Shown piece by piece: positions 26,163-32,000 of a stretch of DNA of 32,000 nucleotides. Within the stretch, counting starts at the first letter, position 1, and each line of letters opens with the position of its first letter. The stretch is from positions 1,230,001 through 1,262,000 of the forward strand of contig NZ_CP006867.1 in NCBI RefSeq assembly GCF_001481685.1. The letters run 5' to 3'. The notes beneath the pieces are model-generated. The model was not told the DNA's origin, searched no databases, and worked only from the letters and a program-made list of their open reading frames with translations. The position numbers and the translations under genes were made by a program. Origin of the DNA: Ignicoccus islandicus DSM 13165. Its GTDB lineage: Archaea > Thermoproteota > Thermoprotei_A > Sulfolobales > Ignicoccaceae.

Positions 26163-26466
26163 TCTCCGCACCCTAATTAGGATCTCTACTAAGTTGAAGT
26201 AGTAAAGTAGCTGTTTCTATTTGGTGAACATTAAGATTCTTTCTATTCCCTATTGGATCTCTACAAAGCGAGGTAGCTAACGATTCCAGAGACCCTGAAA
26301 AGGAATCTTTCCACTCCCTCTTGGATCTCTACAAGGAAGAAGAAAATTGTTTAGGCGAATTCGTAACCCAGTTCCTCTTTCCACTCCCTCTTGGATCTCT
26401 ACGAAGTTCTCTTTTTCAAAAAGCGAGGGACAGGGCGGCTCTTTCCACTCCCTCTTGGATCTCTAC
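26163..26466 (-). CRISPR. mini-CRISPR array: 3 identical plus 2 degenerate repeats, 4 spacers
   Basis: An identical 27-mer, TCTTTCCACTCCCTCTTGGATCTCTAC, occurs at 26306-26332, 26376-26402 and 26440-26466. A copy with 3 mismatches is at 26238-26264 and a copy with ~9 mismatches at 26163-26189. Spacers are 48, 41, 43 and 37 nt. On the minus strand the repeat is GTAGAGATCCAAGAGGGAGTGGAAAG(A), with a crenarchaeal-style GAAAG 3' end. Decay runs away from the AT-rich side, so the leader is at higher coordinates. Confidence 0.8.
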
Positions 26467-27069
26467 CGTTACCCTCCTATTTAAACAACTAATTCCCCAT
26501 CTTTTAACCCTTTCCCTTAGCTCTCCTTTCCTCAACCATACTTTCCTCTCAGAACTTGAACTCAATTAGTTGTCCAATATATGCATGCATATGCTTGTAT
26601 AAGGTAGGTTAGAGTAGAAATCCCCATGATCATCAGAGTTCTCATTATCGCTTATTAACCCCTTAATGCAACTTCTCATTTTAAAGATCGATCTTGAAAG
26701 GACCACGTACTGATGGTCTGAGCTCTAGAGTGGTAAATCTTGTTTGTTTTTGTAAATACAATGTTGAACGATTGGATTGAAATGGAATTAACTATTAGGA
26801 AGGCTGGTAGAAACTGAAGGTGCTTAAGGAGACCATTAATTCTGAATTCAAATGGTTAAGGTTGAGGAAATGAGTGAATTAATTGTTAGTAAATGGAAAA
26901 GCGAATTTGGACAAGAGGTGGAGATGGGGATTCACCATCGGATGGTGAATGAGGGAGGTCATGAATCAATATTCGCTTAAGTACATATAAATCTATTTAG
27001 AATAGAATTTTTATTCAACGAAAGACGAGGAATGTAAAAACTGACTTATTAAACGAAGCAATTGCTGAA
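26467..27069 (-). promoter_or_regulatory. putative CRISPR leader / long AT-rich noncoding region
   Basis: About 600 bp with no ORF of 60 aa or more in any frame. On the minus strand, TTTAAATA (26485-26478) lies 12-19 nt upstream of the first repeat. CTTTCC (minus-strand GGAAAG) recurs at 26510, 26526 and 26541. Confidence 0.4.
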
Positions 27070-28116
27070 TTACTCTGAAATGTTATCGAGGAACCTCAGT
27101 CTCTTAGGAATGGGTGGATGTGACATAAACACTTCCATAATGGGGTTGGTTTCTTCTCTCTTAAGTCTCTCAATTATTTCATCCATATCATAGTAAGGCG
27201 AGGCGAAGGTCTGTGTGAATGCGTATATGAACAGCATCTTGGCCGGTGACTCATTAAACTGCTCGAGTTCCTTCTGGTAGACCGGATTGCTCTTAATGTT
27301 CTCGAAGGTTACGTGCAGCCTTGCTAGGGCTCTTTGCATAGGCTTCTTACCCTTTACCTTGGCTCCATGGAGATCTGCATAGTACTCCCTTAACCTATTA
27401 AATTGCAATATAATGAAGTTCAAGATAAAGGATATTGCTACTAATGCTATACCCGCAACTAGGAAAGCAAGAGAGGAGTTTTCCCTATCCCTTTCCGAGG
27501 CACTGCCCCAGAAGCCCCACTCCATCATTATTCTACCGAGATAGTAGACGAACATTGGTGCTAAGGAGAGAGCTAATATGAGCCAGATGTCGTTATGTTT
27601 ATGGTGACCGAGTTCGTGGCCTATTACGGCTTCTAGTTCCTCTTCGTCCATGGTTCTAGTTATTCCTTCCGTTAACGCGACGTATCTGCCAGTAAGGAAG
27701 TTGCCGTAGGCGAAAGCGTTTGGTATGGGCACTCTCGCTATCATTGCCTTTGGTGGCTTTAAGCCGCTTCTTTGTGCTAGTCTATTTACCATTTCTTGTA
27801 TTTCCGGTGGAGCCGGTTCTGCCCGATACATTATATTGATAAGAAACGGCGCAATGAAGTATTGGAGCGCGCCGATGCCGGTCAGTATTAAAGCGAAGGT
27901 CCAAAGCGATGGAACGTATCCTAGATAGCTCGTTAGGAAGGCGTACGCTGCAAACAATATCAACGCGTAGCCGACAATTGTTAGAAACATAAAGAACTTG
28001 AGCTCCTTTTCGCCTCGCGGCGTCCGCGTTATATATGGTGCCATTGCAATAAAGAGTCCTAATGCTACAGCCATTATTATAGGTTCTAATAGGTAGCCTA
28101 TGCCAAACCAGAACAA
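27070..28116 (-). CDS. htpX: M48-family Zn metalloprotease (HtpX homologue), membrane-bound
   Basis: HEXXH as HELGHHKHND, four or so TM segments, and a C-terminal helical region with PPIPKRL. Confidence 0.85.
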   Translation of the reverse strand: MFWFGIGYLLEPIIMAVALGLFIAMAPYITRTPRGEKELKFFMFLTIVGYALILFAAYAFLTSYLGYVPSLWTFALILTGIGALQYFIAPFLINIMYRAEPAPPEIQEMVNRLAQRSGLKPPKAMIARVPIPNAFAYGNFLTGRYVALTEGITRTMDEEELEAVIGHELGHHKHNDIWLILALSLAPMFVYYLGRIMMEWGFWGSASERDRENSSLAFLVAGIALVAISFILNFIILQFNRLREYYADLHGAKVKGKKPMQRALARLHVTFENIKSNPVYQKELEQFNESPAKMLFIYAFTQTFASPYYDMDEIIERLKREETNPIMEVFMSHPPIPKRLRFLDNISE

Positions 28117-28233
28117 CGTTCGTTATCCCTAGACTCCAAACCTCCCCTTCACCGATTAAAGCTTTGGAGTACTCAAGGTCGTTCAAGGTATAAATTCAAG
28201 CTCAATAGGTATCAGACTAGGATTGAAAGGGAC

Positions 28234-31131
28234 ATGAGTGAATCAATGGAAACAATTAAGCCATGCGACAGTGCTGAAATATTGAGGGAGCTAGGATATT
28301 CGTTTGAGCTAGTTCGTGAAGGAGCGAGCGTTCCCGAATTCTCAAACAAGAGTTTCGATGACTTCTTGAAGGGGAGTGTAGCTAGACTGAAGGGTCTAAA
28401 ATTATATAAGCATCAAGAAGAGGTGTACGAAGCGATAACCAAAGGTAAAAACGTCATATTGGTTTCAGGCACGGGTTCCGGAAAGACTGAGGCATGGATG
28501 CTTCCCGTCATAACTCATTCAATGAAAACCTTGGTGATTTATCCTACATTAGCGCTCTCTTCAGATCAACTGAGAAGGCTGAGGGAATACTTCTCTGAGC
28601 TCAGCAGCGAGGATAAAGTAGTCCTAGTAGATTCTAGGAACCCTCGAGTAGTCGATGACGCGTTAATAGTTGCTACCAATCCTGCCTTCTTGTTCCAAGA
28701 TTTGAAGAGGATTGCGGAAGGTAGGGGTTATTTGAAATGGTTCTTACAAGAAGTCGAGCTAATTGTAGTCGATGAGCTTGATTTCTATGGTTATCACGGA
28801 GTGAGTGCAATAATCTCAATGCTCGAATTAATTTCCAATTACATTAAACTGGGAGACCCTCCCCAGTTAGTCCTTCTGACCGCAACGTTAGGGAGTCCCA
28901 ATGAAATGGCTTCGGTGCTCAGGGAAATAAATGAAAGAGAAACTGTCGTAGTTGAAGGGAAGCCATTTAAGGTAGAGAATAGAACTTACATAGTTTACTC
29001 AAAGGACTTAGATAAGCTATGGGACTGGGTCCAAAAGAATAAATCGAAGATCTTATCCAAAGCACCCAGCTTAAAGGAATTTATAAGCGAGAAAGAAAAG
29101 TTCAAGGAGAACGTTTACGGCTTAATAGAGGCCCTCAGATCAAAGGGAATTTGGCCCCCTTCACCATCTATGGATTACGCTGAGGTTATAGCTAGATACG
29201 TTCACTGCGAGAAGAACACTCTAACGTTAGTTTTCGTGAGTAGCATAAGAATGGCTGAAAAGTTAGTCAGAGAAGTAAGGGAGAGGCTTCCAGAAAACGA
29301 GGCTTCCCAAATAGAGGCCCATCACCACATGATTCCGAAGTCTAAGAGGGAAGAAATAGAGAGGAGGGCTAGACTCGGTGAGGTAAAAGTCATAGTTAGT
29401 CCCAAGACCTTGGCTCAGGGAATAGATATAGGAAATGTGGTTAGGGTTGTTCACATTGGCTTACCGGAGACATTGAGAGAGTTCAGGCAAAGGGAGGGAA
29501 GGAAGGGCCGCAGAGGCAACATTGAGTTCACTGAAAGCATTATATTCCCATATAAGCAATGGGACAAGAAACTGCTTCGTCAAGGACTTTCGGTTCTAAC
29601 TAAGTGGATAAGTATGCCTTTAGAGAAAGTTGATTACAACCCATCCAATAAATGGAACGAGCTCTTCGTTGGGTTATGGAAAAGCATTAGCGGATACCCT
29701 CTCTTAGAATCTGAGAAGGAGCTTCTCGAGGAACTGAATCTAATCAATGATCGGGGTATCTTAACAGCGGAAGGACGAAAGGTATGGAATTATTTGGGGT
29801 TTTATGAATACGGTCCACCTTACGGAATACCTCGAGTGCTATACAAAGGAGGAAGGAAGGAGAGGCTTCCGGAAATCGGTAGGAGAGATTTCATAGAAAG
29901 GTTTCAACCCGGTTCCTTCGACTACTCGAATGACGCGGTAGTTGTAGGGTACACTAGAGAAGGTATTGTTGAGAAACCCTTAAGCGAGGCAATAAGGGAA
30001 AGCGAGTGGTTGTTCGAGGCAGTCCAGCAATACTACAAAATAAAGGAGAAATGGGGAGAGTTCAAGCCGGACGTGACGAAAGACTACAAGTACGGTAAGC
30101 TTTCTTCAAAGGTAGAGGTACTAGCCAACCCTCCAAAGAACGGTTTCGGTAGATTGACTGAAGTTCCACTAAGAACTTATTGGATCGTCGAATCTAGGAA
30201 GGCTGACGTAAAGAAGTTAGGTAACAACATTACATTAATATATAATAAGGAAAGAGTTGCATTAGCTGCCGAAACCCACGGTGAGTACGAGGACTACACG
30301 TATGGGTTCTCATATACACTAGATCCTGTATGGGAAGATTACGAGGTGTCGGCTGCAGTAGCCTTCGGTCTTGCCGCATTAAGGGTAAAGGATAACATTG
30401 ACGTGACCGAGTTTGCATATGCAATAAGTAGTAGATATGGATACAAGGAGCTAATCGTATGGGAACGTGAGGCCTCGGGTATACTGCAGAAGCTAGGCAT
30501 GGAGAGAGTGAAAACAGCACTAGAAGAAGTTAGAATAGATAAGCTCTTGGAAACTTTAGCACTGATGATAGACTCTGAGTCAGTAGAGCTTAGCTTAAAG
30601 AAAGCAACGAACTACGCGGACTTAAAAAAGAAATTACTCAATGTATTCGAATCAATTAACGCAGAACCGAGCGATATGCTGATCGAAATGCTAAAAACGC
30701 CATGCAGGGAGGGAAGCGCTACCGCTTTCATCTACGACGACTCTACCTCTACCATCTATATTTCGGATAACGGTGAGTTTAAATCTATAAAGGTAGAAAA
30801 ACCCAAAGATTTAGCTCCATTAGCGGATATATTTCGTCGGAGCAAAGTTGTAGTGACTTTCATGCCCCCTAGAAAGCTCGAACGATTAGTTAGAACTTAT
30901 CCATTGCTTTACAAGGCATACCTAGAGGGTACTACTAAGAACAGTATTTTGAATATGTACAACATCTTAAAGAATAGGCTTAGGGTAAAGTGGTTAGATT
31001 TAAACAAGGTTGCAGAGAAATTGGGGATGGAACTAAGTACTCCGAGAGACGCATTAGCTTTAATAGAGGAACTTTACTTCAAGTGGCAAGGCTACCTTGA
31101 CGAAACCGCTAAAAGCGAAAGTAAAAACTAA
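28234..31131 (+). CDS. large SF2 (DExD/H-type) helicase with an extended uncharacterised C-terminal half (COG1205/MrfA-YprA-like by eye)
   Basis: LYKHQEE, motif I SGTGSGKTEA, Ib VIYPTLALSSDQ, II VVDELD, III LLTATL, V/Va SPKTLAQGIDIG, VI FRQREGRKGRRG. Residues ~470-965 have no motif I can name except an FQPGSFDY...VVVGY stretch reminiscent of the hPGAxY segment of COG1205 helicases. There is no Cys4 cluster. Confidence 0.8.
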   Translation: MSESMETIKPCDSAEILRELGYSFELVREGASVPEFSNKSFDDFLKGSVARLKGLKLYKHQEEVYEAITKGKNVILVSGTGSGKTEAWMLPVITHSMKTLVIYPTLALSSDQLRRLREYFSELSSEDKVVLVDSRNPRVVDDALIVATNPAFLFQDLKRIAEGRGYLKWFLQEVELIVVDELDFYGYHGVSAIISMLELISNYIKLGDPPQLVLLTATLGSPNEMASVLREINERETVVVEGKPFKVENRTYIVYSKDLDKLWDWVQKNKSKILSKAPSLKEFISEKEKFKENVYGLIEALRSKGIWPPSPSMDYAEVIARYVHCEKNTLTLVFVSSIRMAEKLVREVRERLPENEASQIEAHHHMIPKSKREEIERRARLGEVKVIVSPKTLAQGIDIGNVVRVVHIGLPETLREFRQREGRKGRRGNIEFTESIIFPYKQWDKKLLRQGLSVLTKWISMPLEKVDYNPSNKWNELFVGLWKSISGYPLLESEKELLEELNLINDRGILTAEGRKVWNYLGFYEYGPPYGIPRVLYKGGRKERLPEIGRRDFIERFQPGSFDYSNDAVVVGYTREGIVEKPLSEAIRESEWLFEAVQQYYKIKEKWGEFKPDVTKDYKYGKLSSKVEVLANPPKNGFGRLTEVPLRTYWIVESRKADVKKLGNNITLIYNKERVALAAETHGEYEDYTYGFSYTLDPVWEDYEVSAAVAFGLAALRVKDNIDVTEFAYAISSRYGYKELIVWEREASGILQKLGMERVKTALEEVRIDKLLETLALMIDSESVELSLKKATNYADLKKKLLNVFESINAEPSDMLIEMLKTPCREGSATAFIYDDSTSTIYISDNGEFKSIKVEKPKDLAPLADIFRRSKVVVTFMPPRKLERLVRTYPLLYKAYLEGTTKNSILNMYNILKNRLRVKWLDLNKVAEKLGMELSTPRDALALIEELYFKWQGYLDETAKSESKN

Positions 31132-31185
31132 GTACTGAACTTTAGTATCCACGCAGACTCAGAGATTTCAAGGGCCGGTATTGCT

Positions 31186-31893
31186 GTGTTACCGAAGTTC
31201 ATTGTGGACGAAGTCGCAAAGAGAATAGCTGGTGAAATAGCTCTCTCTGAGAGGCCAGGGGATGCTCTGAAAAAGTGGAGGGAGATCTTCGGGGTAACGC
31301 AAACGGAAGTATCGAGAGCTATGGGCGTTACTTCTAGTGTAATTAGCGACTACGAGAAAGGAAAGCGGAGTCCGGGAAGTAACTTCATCAGAAGATACGT
31401 AAACGCCCTTATTGAAATCGACAGAAATAGGGGATGGGTAGTCGTTAGTTCACTGGCCCAAAAGTTCTTAGGTATAAGTACTCGAACGATTGATTTGTGG
31501 GATTACAAGAAGGCCGTAAAAGTTGCAGATATAGTAACATCGGTCAAAGGTCACATAGTGACTTCTCACATAGATCCGGAGGAAATCGTATACGGATACA
31601 TGGTAATAGATAGTTTAAGAACAATTGAAGAGATGGATAGCAAAGACTTCATGGTACTCATGGGCATGAGTTATAGGCGTGTTGTCGTATTCACCAGAGT
31701 TGAGAGCGGGCGATCGCCAATGGTTGCAATAAGGGTTTCCCAACTAAAGCCTAGCCTCGTAGTGCTTCACAGACCTACTCGGTTAGATAGACTTGGAGTT
31801 AGAATTGCTGAAAAGGAGGGCATTACTCTAATTGTGTCCCTACATCCTACAGTAAGTACGCTCATAGAATCTTTAAGGAGATTGGATGCCTAA
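31186..31893 (+). CDS. XRE-type HTH transcriptional regulator, conserved archaeal COG1395-like
   Basis: [51 protein letters not shown] (HTH_3/XRE) followed by a ~150-aa C-terminal domain. GTG start. Confidence 0.7.
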   Translation: MLPKFIVDEVAKRIAGEIALSERPGDALKKWREIFGVTQTEVSRAMGVTSSVISDYEKGKRSPGSNFIRRYVNALIEIDRNRGWVVVSSLAQKFLGISTRTIDLWDYKKAVKVADIVTSVKGHIVTSHIDPEEIVYGYMVIDSLRTIEEMDSKDFMVLMGMSYRRVVVFTRVESGRSPMVAIRVSQLKPSLVVLHRPTRLDRLGVRIAEKEGITLIVSLHPTVSTLIESLRRLDA

Positions 31894-32000
31894 CAACCTG
31901 ATTCTTGAAGCTTCAGTATAGCTTCTGCTATGTCGCCTTTCGTTTCCTCCAAGGCTTTCCGGGCAACTTCTTCACTGCAACCGGTTTCCTCTGCAACGAT
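31890..32000 (-). CDS. nac: nascent polypeptide-associated complex protein, C-terminal UBA domain (3' end of gene; start lies beyond the right edge)
   Basis: Not in the ORF track. My minus-strand translation reads [36 protein letters not shown], a typical archaeal NAC UBA tail. The stop TAG (31892-31890) overlaps the TAA of the convergent HTH gene. Confidence 0.75.
   Translation of the reverse strand: MVAEETGCSEEVARKALEETKGDIAEAILKLQESGC

Noticed and set aside
26321-26569. 82-aa + strand ORF across the CRISPR array
   Set aside because: It reads straight through three identical repeats, so the peptide repeats PLPLGSLR/TPSWIST-type segments derived from them. It is an artefact of the repeat structure.
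28212-28228. GGATTGAAAG just upstream of the helicase start, resembling the ATTGAAAG 3' end of Sulfolobales CRISPR repeats
   Set aside because: Aligning the preceding 26 nt to the local repeat gives only about 10/26 identities, mostly the terminal GAAAG. It is a single copy with no periodic partner, so I regard it as chance.
28234-31131. Helicase as a Cas3 serving the nearby array
   Set aside because: There is no HD nuclease motif set and no neighbouring Cascade/Cas5/Cas7-like genes. The motif style (LYxHQ, YPTxALxxDQ, DELD, long non-Cas3 C-terminus) fits the COG1205/Lhr-like groups better than Cas3' helicases.

Overview
This is a compact, gene-dense chromosomal segment that looks crenarchaeal (Thermoprotei-like). 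The supporting genes are a Sulfolobus-like RpoA' N-terminus, Orc1/Cdc6, a two-CPYC protein disulfide oxidoreductase, archaeal-type ApgM, NAC, an aDim2-type KH protein and a COG1395-type HTH protein. The DNA is AT-leaning, A/T-box promoters sit close to start codons, and many genes abut or overlap (TAATG coupling, shared convergent stop codons at 2405-2408 and 31890-31893).

I call 31 protein-coding genes. Two are partial at the window edges and absent from the ORF track: rpoA1 at 1-581 (-) and nac at 31890-32000 (-). I also call one small CRISPR array (26163-26466, read on the minus strand) with a ~600-bp AT-rich leader-like region. Most genes are housekeeping: prs, serS, glnA, apgM, trxB, trpA, cobA-hemD and a Nog1-type GTPase.

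I could not recognise a clear-cut new multi-gene defence island. The most unusual things I see are:
- an orphan mini-CRISPR with decaying repeats and no cas gene anywhere in the 32 kb;
- a tetrahaem cytochrome c / Tat-exported 4-cluster FeS / 10+-TM NrfD-type module with no catalytic subunit;
- a 965-aa SF2 helicase whose C-terminal half I cannot assign, next to the CRISPR locus;
- a ferredoxin-HIT fusion overlapping the PDO gene;
- a cobA gene whose conserved N-terminus has no in-frame start codon;
- a 75% G+C 65-nt island with competing helices in an AT-rich spacer;
- a perfect 14-nt inverted repeat bracketing the KH-protein gene;
- an rpoA' gene uncoupled from rpoB and placed back-to-back with orc1.

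All functional calls come from motif recognition by eye. No database search was run.
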